From Octopus bimaculoides (taxonomy: Eukaryota): DNA of 64,000 nucleotides. The notes beneath the pieces are model-generated. The model was not told the DNA's origin and searched no databases. It saw nothing but the letters and a program-made list of their open reading frames with translations. The stretch covers positions 24,259,134 to 24,323,133 of the forward strand of contig NC_068996.1 of the NCBI RefSeq assembly GCF_001194135.2, in the 5' to 3' direction. Both the position numbers and the translations under genes were made by a program. Below, in pieces: positions 24,060 to 36,339 of the stretch. How positions within the stretch are numbered: the stretch's first letter is position 1; the number at the start of each line of letters is the position of its first letter.

Positions 24060-24960
24060 AAAGAGAGAAATAAAATTGAAGGAAAGTTAATAAGCAAACT
24101 AGAAGAAGTAAACAGATATCATGGCTGATGTGCCAGCAGTGAGAAAGGTTATCAACAATTTCTTCAAGATGAAACATGAAGGCTGCATTGTCAGCTTTAA
24201 AGCTTTTGTGCTAAAACAAGAAGATAATGAATATTGTTTGATGGGAATGAATGGTAGTGGTACAATGAGGCAATGAAGTTACAATTTAGCCATGTACTAT
24301 GCAATTTCAAACAGATGTGTGCATGTCTACCCTATAGAATTTAGCTTGATTGTTTAGGGTGAGTATTAAGTCAGAGATGGTTGTGGACTTTAGTGCTTAC
24401 CTCCACGGCCTATTACCACTCTCAACATAAGACACGAGGAGCTGTGAAAGGCCAATAACAGTTGTTGAAACACAGAAGTTGGTGAGTGACTGCATGAGGA
24501 ACAACTCACTTAATTTGAATGATCTCCTCTATGACCTTTACTGTTATATGTCAGGCTTGTTCAATGACCTGTTGGCAGATGTCTACCACAGCTGACAGCA
24601 GAATGGGGTAATTTCTCAGTTCTATGAGCCAAGTTGTGGTAATAATGCTGAGAAAGGGCACCGACAAGGAAAATGTTAAAGAAAATTTTTAGCCCATGCA
24701 GAATTTAAGAGTTTGGTGGTAAGCAAAATGTTTGGTATCTGTCATAGGGAATAAGTCAAGGAAGCACAAACAAAGGCAATCACTGATAGATTCCTTCAGG
24801 GACAATCTCCATCTCATGAAATGTATCACAGGAGGAATAGGACATAAACCTGACATCGATGGGGTCCTGATGTGACCACCACTACTTAATAGACATTCTG
24901 AAAGTGGCTAGTTTCAGGCTCAATTTAAGCAAAGGTGAAAAATACCTACATCATCTCCAT
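24060..24960 (+). mobile_element. Heavily decayed Tx1/L1-like LINE reverse transcriptase region
   Basis: Fragments DLLYDLYCYMSGLF, VVIMLRKGTDKENVKENF, FRDNLHLMKCI and HYLIDILKVASF follow the L1/Tx1 RT motif order. Confidence 0.5.
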
Positions 24961-25254
24961 CATAATTTACTACCTGGCCATTGTGCTTTGCTCCTGTTCC
25001 CAGGGGATAAGAATTTGAGCAACTTCTCTTCTGCTTCCTGTAGATTGTGATATGTTTAACAGATCAGGCTGCCACCTGTGGCCAATGCCATTTGCAAGGA
25101 AGCTAGCAAATGATCGGTTAGTAAGTGTTATTTCCCATCTGCCTCTATCTAGAAATTAAAGGAAATGACTACTATTCCCTTCAAACTTTGCTTTTGTAAC
25201 CTGGACATCACTGTTTTGAAACTGATCTATTTTCTATTACATTTCAGACAAGTT

Positions 25255-25500
25255 CAGTGCTAAGTTACTGAAGCAGAAATATTATAACAAATATTCTGCA
25301 CAATACCACAGATTTGCTCAACCTAAACCACTTGAGCAGTTCATTTAGTGGCTGACAATATGTACATTTCTGATCATGAGCAGGAGTAGTGCGAGAGCAT
25401 CATAGCCATGTGTTGAGAGGGATTCTTTAGGGTTTGAATTAATGTAGCAAAAACAAAATTTGAAGGAAATATTGGCCGCTTTTCATAGTTTCTAGGTGTA
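25255..25500. repeat. Unclassified dispersed repeat (related sequence in opposite orientation at 30735-30865)
   Basis: CAAATATTCTGCACAATACCA here vs TGGTATTGAGCAGAATATTTG at 30740. Confidence 0.5.
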
Positions 25501-25737
25501 AGCAAATAGAAAATATCAGTTGCTACCTGAGGACAAAAGCCATGTAACTCAATGTTATTAAAGATCTTCTAAGCGTCATGACTATCATGTCTTTCTGTAT
25601 ATCTAAGGCCTATATTTTTCTAGAGTATCCTTGACTTTTTTTTTCCTACTTTTGTTAAAATGATCAGTTGTCTGAGAAATTTTGGCTGTGTTTTTTAGCT
25701 AATCAAATAGCGTGGTCTCCCTCATTTCTGGCATTGA

Positions 25738-25775
25738 TGTTGCTGCTGCTACTACTGCTGCTACTGCTGCTACTA

Positions 25776-25827
<52 letters not shown>

Positions 25828-25842
25828 TGCTGCTGTTGCTAT
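25738..25842. repeat. (CTG/CTA)n microsatellite
   Basis: Direct reading; source of the poly-Leu ORF. Confidence 0.95.
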
Positions 25843-26605
25843 TGATGTCACTAGTTCTGAATATTCATATAGTAAATAGCATGAAAAAAATAAAAATAAA
25901 AACTTGTGACTAACCTAGACTGGATAATTGCCTGTTTCAAGTTCAGATTGTGTTAATGTCCAGGAAGAGGGATTAGGAAATAGAATTTTTAATGTCAGTG
26001 TTTTTGTTACTAAAGTGGGAACAGCGCAACATTTCTTTCAGTTTATTAGTTAGGCAATAATNNNNNNNNNNNNNNNNNNNNNNNNNNNNNNNNNNNNNNN
26101 NNNNNNNNNNNNNNNNNNNNNNNNNNNNNNNNNNNNNNNNNNNNNNNNNNNNNNNNNNNNNNNNNNNNNNNNNNNNNNNNNNNNNNNNNNNNNNNNNNNN
26201 NNNNNNNNNNNNNNNNNNNNNNNNNNNNNNNNNNNNNNNNNNNNNNNNNNNNNNNNNNNNNNNNNNNNNNNNNNNNNNNNNNNNNNNNNNNNNNNNNNNN
26301 NNNNNNNNNNNNNNNNNNNNNNNNNNNNNNNNNNNNNNNNNNNNNNNNNNNNNNNNNNNNNNNNNNNNNNNNNNNNNNNNNNNNNNNNNNNNNNNNNNNN
26401 NNNNNNNNTATATATATATGTATGTATGTATATATATATTTTCCCTCTCTCCATCTCCCTCTCTTTCTCTCTCTCCATCTCCCTCTCTTTCTCTCTCTCT
26501 CTTTCTCTGAAGAATTCAAAATAATTCATAGTGAAGCTATTTTAGATTGTAACATGTAATTATTACCGTGACCCTGTTAACATCGTATCTGCTAATGTCT
26601 CAAGA

Positions 26606-26648
<43 letters not shown>

Positions 26649-27392
26649 AATACAATCTTCATACACACCCACACACACATGCACATACACTCACACACAC
26701 ATATACCTCCCCTGTACACACATAATGCATACATACACAGGCAAATATAATGAAATGCAGTCATACATAGTCTAACCTACACACACACACACACACATAT
26801 ATGCACATGCACAATCACATGCAAAATCATACCATAAAATCACAAACAACACAATCATCACACAAACACATACACAACACATACATGCACCATGCACATC
26901 ATACACACAATTGTACTCATGCAAACCTATAAACATGTATGCTACATACACTCATAAACTCACACACATACAACACACACACACACACACACAGATAGAT
27001 ACACATACATGCATGCTTACACCTACAAGTATAACCATGTGTACAGTTGCATGCAAACATCACACACAAAACACACTACACTACACTACACAACACACAT
27101 ACACTCACACACACACCTGCACTCACACTCACAAACACACACTTGTACTCACACATAAAAAAATGCAAAAAAAAAACAAACCAAAACAACCACCAGAACA
27201 TGGGTATTAGCAATGATGCTAAAAATACATTAATGTAGCAACAATAAAAATTACAGAGAAGATACAGGAGATGATATTATGTTATTTCTTTCTTTCTTTC
27301 TTCTTTTTGGGGGGATTTTCTTTTTCACAGTTATGAAGTTAATACAAGAGATATTAATATACCCAGGGTATGTGGACAAAGAAACCAGAAGT

Positions 27393-27428
<36 letters not shown>

Positions 27429-28169
27429 AATTTTACTTAGCTGAAATTGACATCAACACACTGTGTACATTCAGAGTTTGACTTTGCCTTTCAGAAGTGT
27501 GGGTGTGCTGAATAAAACATTTAAGTAGTAAAATACCAGTGGGGGTGACATAGTTCCAAGTCAAATGACTTCTCTAACAATAGATGAAGATTGTTGAAAG
27601 AAAGAAAAAAAAGTATCAAAATCTTCATGTTTTTAAGTTTACGTTTTTTATCGGGTTGTCACATAAAATTCATTCATTTTTTTTTTTCTCTTTCCATTTA
27701 TTTTAATCTTTTCCAATGTTTTTTGAATTAACACAAAAAATATTTTTATTGTGGTGTTTTTATTGAGTTGTCTCTTTTTTTTTTTTTTGCTTGTTTGTTT
27801 GTTTTTTTTAAGCTCTATTCTTCCACTACAACTTTTGTTTATCATCTTTGAAATTTTTTTTTTTTTTTTTGATGAGATGACTTTACTAATATACACTTTA
27901 AAAAAAATGAAAACAAGAGGGAAAAGACAAGATGGGGAAAAGAATGGGGGTGGACAAAGCAGCAGAAAATGGAGGGAGAGGGGCGGTGAACCACATAACC
28001 CGGAACAAGTGCAGTGCTCAGCCGCACTCCGCAGTGATGACCGCAATGGCATCGTATGGGGAATGGTCAGCAACACTTACTGAAGTAGCCACACCACCCT
28101 GTGGGGCTTATTTTTCCGATGGGTCTCTATTTTACAGATGATATCAGTGGTTCCTAGAATAAATTTTAC

Positions 28170-28584
28170 CTCTTTTACTCTTTTACTTGTTTCAGTCATT
28201 TGACTGCAGCCATGCTGGAGCACCACCTTTAGTTGAGCAAATCGACCCTGGGACTTATTCTTTGTAAGCCTAGTACTTATTCTATCGGCCTCTTTTGCCG
28301 AACCGCTAAGTGATGTGGACATAAACACACCAGCATCGGTGGTCAAGCAATGCTAGGGGGACAAACACAGACACACAAACACAAACACACACATATATAT
28401 ATATATATATATGCATATATACGACGGGCTTCTTTCAGTTTCCGTCTGCCAAATCCACTCACAAGGTTTTGATCAGCCCAAGGCTATAGTAGAAGACACT
28501 TGCCCAAGATGCCACGCAGTGGGACTGAACCCAGAATCATGTGGTTGGTAAGCTAGCTACTTACCACACAGCCACTCCTGTGCC
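28170..28584 (-). mobile_element. Family B SINE, full length
   Basis: Reverse complement of 47241-47615. Confidence 0.92.
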
Positions 28585-29284
28585 TCTTTTTAAGATATAA
28601 GGCAATGGAGTACCAAGTAGAAAAAGAAAAAACAAATTTATGTGGCAAACTCAATAGTTTAGTCAGGAGAGAAGGCAGTACCTGTAACCAGTCTACTTGG
28701 TAGGGTTAATCTATTGCATAGTTTAACACTACAACTTCATACCTTTAGTGGAATCCATTCTGTTAGGTGCATTCATGCTTGATTGGAAGAAACCTTCTTC
28801 CATCCCTCCTTCCCTTTCTCCAATCTCAGAGATCCTGTAAAAAGTCACAGGTAGTATGTATGTATGTATGTATGTATGTATGTATGTATGTATGTATGTA
28901 TGTATGTATGTATGTATGCATACATGTATGTGTGTATGTATATATATTTTGTTTTTGTATCTGGTTTGCAAGATTCTTTATGGGAACTTGTGTGTTGAAA
29001 CAAATTTTGTTGAATCTAGAGTGAGTCATTATGCCAATACTATTAATACATTCACACTAGTTCAACTCCACTCCTTTATTAATAGTCAGTTGGTTAAAAA
29101 TCCAGCTAATTGATTGATTGTTTAATTTGGTTAAACAGTAAGTTATTTGGGGTTTTTTCTGTCAAATCTCTTTCATTGCTACTTACAACTTTGTCAATGA
29201 CTTTCTTCTTAGTCTGTTATGGAGGTCACATTTGTCTGCTTGAGATTTTGCTGTATGCATGTGTGCACGCCAGTGTGTGCTTAC

Positions 29285-29416
29285 ATATGTATGTATGCAT
29301 GTCATTATTCAGTTTATTTCAAGATTTCTTGCCAATAGAGAAAGAACCATTTTCTAACCTAGATCCAAGGCTCCTTCATTGGAACTCCAACATCAACAAC
29401 AGAGTATGTATGTATG

Positions 29417-29450
<34 letters not shown>

Positions 29451-30384
29451 TGTATGTATGTATGTGAAAATGTGTATGTTTTATGTATGTATTGTCATGC
29501 ATATAGTTGCATATCTAGACTACTCATATATATTTAAACAATAAACTTCTGTAAAGTTTTACAGATTTTTACAGTTCCAGTGATGAATTGGATCTTTAAC
29601 CTTCAAATTAACTTTTCCCTTTCTGGTTTTGAGAAGCCTAATTTCTCAAGATTGGTATTTAGGCAGTGTATTACATATCCCAGGGCCCCAATAATTATAG
29701 GTATAAACCTGAACTTGTAATCTGGATAAAGTAACTGTAGATTTCTCAATAGTTCAACATAGGTGTTCTATTTTCACTAATCTTCTGCTTTATGTTAGCA
29801 TCTGCTGGGCAGCTAATTTCCCCAATGGTGCACAGTTTCTCTTCTTTATCCCAAATCATTGTATCAGGTCTGTTGTGCTTACACTTTATTGAGGTCTTCA
29901 CTGGGACATTCCACCAGTACTCCTTTTTATTATGAGTGGTTATGGCTTCCACCATACTGTAGATTCTTATTTCTTTGTCCTCAGGGTTATCCTTCCAATG
30001 GATTTCATTATAGAGTGTCCTAGCTACAATGTCATGTCTCATTGGTAGATAATACCATGATGACATTTTTTGTCACGTTTTATTGCTTTTCCTGCATCTC
30101 TGTCCCTTTTGTACATCAGGTACTTGGTTGACATTTCCTGTTCCTGGATTGCAAACGCATACTCTTCAAAGTGGGACGTAGTAATCCAGCTATTGGTCCA
30201 TGACAAACTGCTTTGATGATCATGGAGCTTTCTAGTAACATGTCCATGCCTGATCTTCTGCTCATATAGGCTCATCCTTTCATCTGATGATATGTTGCAG
30301 TAGAGTCATGCAATTTATTTTGGCATGTATTCTAGGTTAACAGATAAAGAGTGTTGCTCAAGGAGCTGCCTTCCAAGTCTTATG
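29285..30384 (-). mobile_element. R4/Dong-like REL LINE, 5'-truncated, flanked on both sides by (CATA)n
   Basis: RHDIVARTLY..WWNVPVKTSIKCKHNRPDTMIWDKEEKLCTIGEISCP..IIGALGY; 3'UTR shared with 9896-10366. Confidence 0.88.
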
Positions 30385-30425
30385 GTATGTATGTATGTAT
30401 GTATGTATGTATGTATGTATGTATG

Positions 30426-30575
30426 AATGTACTCAGTTTCTCTTCTCTCTCCCAAATCATTATACCAGGTCTGTTGTGCTTACATTTTATTGAGGTCTTC
30501 ACTGGTATATTCCACCAGTATTCCTTGTCATTATGAGTGGCTACGGCTTCTACCATATTTTGTGGGTATTATAGA
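30426..30575 (-). mobile_element. Short internally deleted copy of the same R4/Dong-like family
   Basis: Homologous to 29830-29970; ends AGAAACTGAGTAC then (CATA)n. Confidence 0.75.
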
Positions 30576-30865
30576 AATATTGTTTGCAGAGTTATTATAT
30601 AACAAAACAAAAATCCAGAAAATGTTTTCATATTATTTATTCACCATTATACATGTTTCATTTGCTAATGGAAATAACATAACTGTACATGTTGGATAAA
30701 TATGTAAGAAAACATATGATATGTATGTATGTATGTATTTGGTATTGAGCAGAATATTTGCTGTAGCCCATTTTTCACACCAAGACAAAACATGTACATG
30801 ATAGCACTTTCAATCAGTTAAGATCAGAAGCCATGAGAACTGCTGCCTGGTACTGTATCAGGGCA

Positions 30866-31700
<835 letters not shown>

Positions 31701-32144
31701 ACCGGACAAGGATTCTGGATTTTTAAAATATTTTCTTTACTTTACATGTATATGTAAAGTTTTACATAGTTCTCTTGTACATGCACACACATACACACAC
31801 ATATTTTCAGCATTAAACATTACCATCCCATTTCCATTGTACACACGCACACACACACACACACATCACACATGTATGCGAACATACCTCTCTTTTACAC
31901 ACACATATACTCACACTTCAAATACCGTTTATCGGCTTTTTCACTCCTTTCTTCATTATTCATCTATCACCCCTTCCTTTCTCATTCATACGACGCTGTC
32001 TTTACCATTTATCTCCTTTACCTTCACCTCTCACTGCAGCACTATTACGATGAACGGGAACGTGAAACGCTGAGTAACAGTTTTTTGTTATATTTCTGCT
32101 GTTTTTAAATAAAGCATATTACTCTACCTCTGGTATTTGAGTAC

Positions 32145-32460
32145 TCTTTTTTCCGATTTTCGAGCGAGATCGTTGCCAGTGCTGCTGGACTGGCTCCTGT
32201 GCAGGTGGCATGTAAAAGACACCATTTCGAGTGTGGCCGTTGCCAGTACCGCCTGACTGGCCTTCATGTGGGTGGCACGTGAAAGCACCCACTACACTCT
32301 CTGAGTGGTTGGCATTAGGAAGGGCATCCAGTTGTAGAAACTCTGTCAAATCAGATTGGAGCCTTGTGTAGCAATCTGGTTTCACCAGTCCTCAGGCAAA
32401 TCGTCCAACCCATGCTAGCATGGAAAGCAGACGTTAAACGATGATGATGATGATGATGAT
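32145..32460 (+). mobile_element. Family E (RTE 3'UTR) with two structured tandem units and a (GAT)n tail
   Basis: GTTGCCAGT..ACTGGC..GTGCAGGTGGCA..CACC units at 32172-32238 and following. Confidence 0.9.
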
Positions 32461-32564
32461 ATAGGTTTTTGTTTCAGATATTCTCATTTTAAAAATCATC
32501 TCCAGTTAATCATTGAGAGGATGTTGGTGTTGAATTGGCGAAAGTTTGCACTCTCTGAGTGCTC

Positions 32565-32596
<32 letters not shown>

Positions 32597-33609
32597 GCTA
32601 TCATTACTTCTGTTGTCATTGTTTCCGTTAGTTTTGAGTTTCTACTACATTCATCGTTTCTCTGAAGGTACATGCAGTATAGCATTTTGGAGATGCTGAC
32701 CCATGGCTCATGCTGCAGAGGTGAAATGGCTGGGTGAATAACACATATTTGAATGAGTTCTAGACATCATTGTGATATTTGTACTGTTACAACTGACAAA
32801 AGAACCATTCTATTTTATGTATTAACATTTAGATTAGATTTTCAGAAATAAAGTTAAAGACTTGTTAGAAAAATCTGACATCACAAAACATCTGAGAATT
32901 AAGTTCATATGTTGTAATATAGCAAATGAGTTTGAAGAAAATGAAAAAGTGGCATTTTATGATAAGGGAATTTGTTAATTAGAATAAATGATTGTGGCAA
33001 ACAAACTTAAAAAAAGAAAAAAAATACCTGATTTTGAAATTTTTCATTTAAAGAACAAATTTCAAAGAAGCTGAAGAAAATTCTTTATAAATTCTTTCTG
33101 TAATGGTATTGATTATTTCTGTGGAGAAAGTAAGAAGAATTTGCCTTATTGCTGCAAAAATTGGAAGAAGTCATTTACAGTGTATTGCAATATGTTACCT
33201 TTTCTCCAAGCTACCGGCTTTTTCTATGATTGGTCAATGAATTTGGAGCATTCAATTTTAGATAATAATTATCTACAACTGTGTGTTCTTTACTTATTAT
33301 GATGGAATTATCATACAAGAGTCTTATTCTTTATTTTCTCATTAATTTTTTTCCTCATGAATGAATTCTAAATAAATTTTGGAAAGTAATGTTTAGCAAA
33401 AAGAAAAAGAATATGCTAATGAAAGCATCATGTAGGAGGAATTTTACCCATAATTCCGATTTTACATTAGCATAGGAAGATTCTTTTATTTGGCAGCATA
33501 TTTAATCAATTATGCTTTCACTTTTGAAATAACTTAAAAGCAAATATATTAATGATAATTAAAATGAAATAAAAATGAAATACAAAGAAATACTTCTATA
33601 TTTTGGAAA

Positions 33610-35890
33610 AACATCTCCAAAGAAAGATACTTGGAGATGCCACTGTGAAAGGTTGCTAAATAAAGAGAATGAATGGAAGAAAGAGAGTCTGCCAAATGTT
33701 GACCCAACAGAGGGACCAGCTATCCGAATTGAGAGTACTTTGGTAGATAAACAGCTAAGGATATAAAAACAGGGAAAGCCTTAAGACCATCAGGAATCAC
33801 TACTGAGATGCTTAAAATATTTTGTGGTGTAGGCTATAGTCTAGTCGCCCATATAATTAACCTGGTAATACACAAAGGAGTCATACCTTTGTGACTGGTG
33901 ATGCCTTAGATAGAAATAATTACAGAGGTATCAAATTGTTGGATCAGGTTATGAAGGTCACGGAGAGGGTCATAGCCCAACTAATCAGGGACAAAGTAAG
34001 CCTAGAGGAGATGCAGTTTGGTTTTTGTGCCAGGGAAAAGCACCACTGATGCTATATTTCTGGTAAGACAGTTGCAGGAGAAATTCCTAGCCAAAGATAA
34101 ACCTCTGTACCTGGCTTTCATTGACATGCAGAAAGCCTTTGACAGAGTCCCTCAATTCAATGTGGAAACTGAGGATAGATGAGTGGTTGGTGAGAGCTGT
34201 ACAAGCCATGTACAGGGATGCTGTCAGTAAGATGAGGGTTGGCAATGAATATAGCAAAGAATTCAGGGTACAAATAGAGATTCACCAAGGATCAATCCTC
34301 AGCCCCCTCTTGTTCATCATAGTCCTCCAGGCAATAACAGATGAATTCAAGACAGGATGCCCCTGGGTGCTCTTCTGTGCTGATGACCTGGCCCTCATAG
34401 CAGAATCACTACCAGAACTAGAGATGAAGTTTCAGGTGTGGAAGCAAGGATTAGAATCAAAAGGCTTTAGAGTTAACCTAGCAAAAACCAAAATCTTAGT
34501 AAGTAGGAAAGCAGATAAATCTCAAATCCCTTCATGTAGATGGCCCTACTCAATCTGTGGAAAAGGTGTAGGTAGAAACTCCATAAGATGTGCCCAGTGT
34601 AAGTTATGGATACATAAAAGGTGTAGCAATATCAGAGGAAGGTACCAAGGAAGGTGCACAGGTACAATAAACACCAAAAATGTACAGAAAATAGATTCCA
34701 TTACATGCCAGGGGAGGCACATGGCCTAATGGTTAGAGCAGTGGACTTGCGGTCAAGGGATTGCAGGTTTGAATCTCAGACTGGGCGATGTGTGTGGAGG
34801 CACATGGCCTATTGGTTAGAGCCACAGACTCACAGGTTTGAATCTCAGACCAAGCAATGTGTGTGCTTATGAGTGAAACACCTAAGCTCCACATGGCTCT
34901 GGCAGAAGGTAATGGTGAACTTCTGCTGACTCTTTTACCATAACTTTCTCTCACTCTTTGCTCTTGCATCTAGCAGCTCACCTGCAATGGACCAGCATCC
35001 CGTCCAGGTGGGGAACCTATATGCCAATGTAACTGGGAAACTGACCCTTATGAGCCAGACATGGCTTGAGAAGGAACAACCAACACATACCAGTGGAAAA
35101 AACTAGAAGCAGTCAGTAGCTTCCGTTACTTAGGTGACAAAGTCAGTAGCAGGGGTGGATGCTCTGAGAGCATAGCTGCTAAAATAAGAATAGGCTGGGC
35201 AAAGTTCAGAGAGCTCCTACCTCTGCTGGTAACAAAGGGCCTCTTGCTCAGAGTGAAAGGCAGACTGTATGATGCCTGTGTGTGACCAACCATGCTACAT
35301 GGCAATGAAACATGGGCTGTGAGTGCTGAGAACATGCGTAGGCTTGTAAGCAATGAAGCTAGTATGCTTCGCTGGATGTGTAGTGTCAGTGTGCATGCAG
35401 GACAGAGTGTAAATGTCGTGAGAAAAAAAAGTTGGACATATGAAGCATCATATGGTGTGCAAGAAAGACGACTGCACTGGTATGGTCATGTGATGCATAT
35501 GGATGAGGAGAGCTGTATGAAGAAGTGTTGCACTCTAATGGTGGAGGGAACCTGTGGAAGAGGTAGACCCAGGAAGACTTGGGACGAGGTGGTGAAGAAC
35601 AATCTTTGAATGTTGGGCCTCACAGAGGCAATGACTAGTGACTGAAACCTCTGGAGATATGCTGTGCGTGAGCTCAATGCCTCAAGCCAAGTGTGATTAT
35701 AGTCAGGGCTGATGCCAGTGTCACATAACTGGCCTGTTAAAAGCACCCTTAAAATTTTGGGTGATATGCTGTGCATGTGAAAACCTGTCAACCCAAGTGA
35801 AATCATAGTCATGGCCAATGCCAGTGCTGTCTGACTGGCACCCGTACCTGTGGCACTTAAAAAACACCATTCAAACGTTGGGCCTCATTT
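33610..35890 (+). mobile_element. RTE-clade LINE, ORF2 reverse transcriptase and 3'UTR, disrupted
   Basis: NYRGIKLLDQVMKV, MQFGF, AFIDMQKAFDRVP, HQGSILSPLLF, FCADDLAL, RRLHWYGHV, GRGRPRKTW; frameshifts and a SINE insertion. Confidence 0.95.
34713..35084 (+). mobile_element. tRNA-derived SINE (C-related head, duplicated; V-like central motif) inserted in the RTE
   Basis: Head repeated at 34713 and 34796; CCTGCAATGGACCAGCATCCCGTCCAGG core; imperfect TSD ACATGCCAGGGGA/ACATACCAGTGGA. Confidence 0.85.
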
Positions 35891-36339
35891 GAATGAAAAT
35901 GTATTACATTATATTATTATGATACATTATATCTTTTTATACAACCATGATAGTGAGTTGTCAAATGTTCATTGTCATTTTTTTGTGTGTGTATGTGGGA
36001 GCTTTATGAGATTTTCCATTTGTTTTAATCCTTTCCAGTGTTATTTGAATTGATACAAAAAATATTTTTATCATTCTTGATGTTCTATGGATTTTGTAGC
36101 TCTATTCTTTCTCTTTTCTTCTTTTAATTGGAATAATTTTTACCTCTTCTCAGATATATAACAATGGAGTGCCAAGTAGGAAAGAAAAAAAAATGAATTT
36201 ATCTAATAACCTAATTCATCTAATTCATTATATCTGATTGGTTAATGAAGATGAGACTCTTTTACTCTCTTTATTCTTTTAATGGTTTCAGTCAGAGGAA
36301 TGTGACCATGCTGGAGTACCACCTTAAATTATTTTCTAT

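Noticed and set aside
27991-28012. Minus-strand similarity to miR-92 (TGCACTTGTTCCGG)
   Set aside because: Seed differs (ACTGCAC vs ATTGCAC) and there is no complementary arm for a pre-miRNA
28034-28083. C/D box snoRNA
   Set aside because: No terminal stem and only a gapped match to an rRNA-like antisense element; kept only within the CpG-segment finding
32172-32300. Regular ~67-nt repeats as a CRISPR-like array
   Set aside because: No unique spacers, eukaryotic context, and embedded in an RTE 3'UTR
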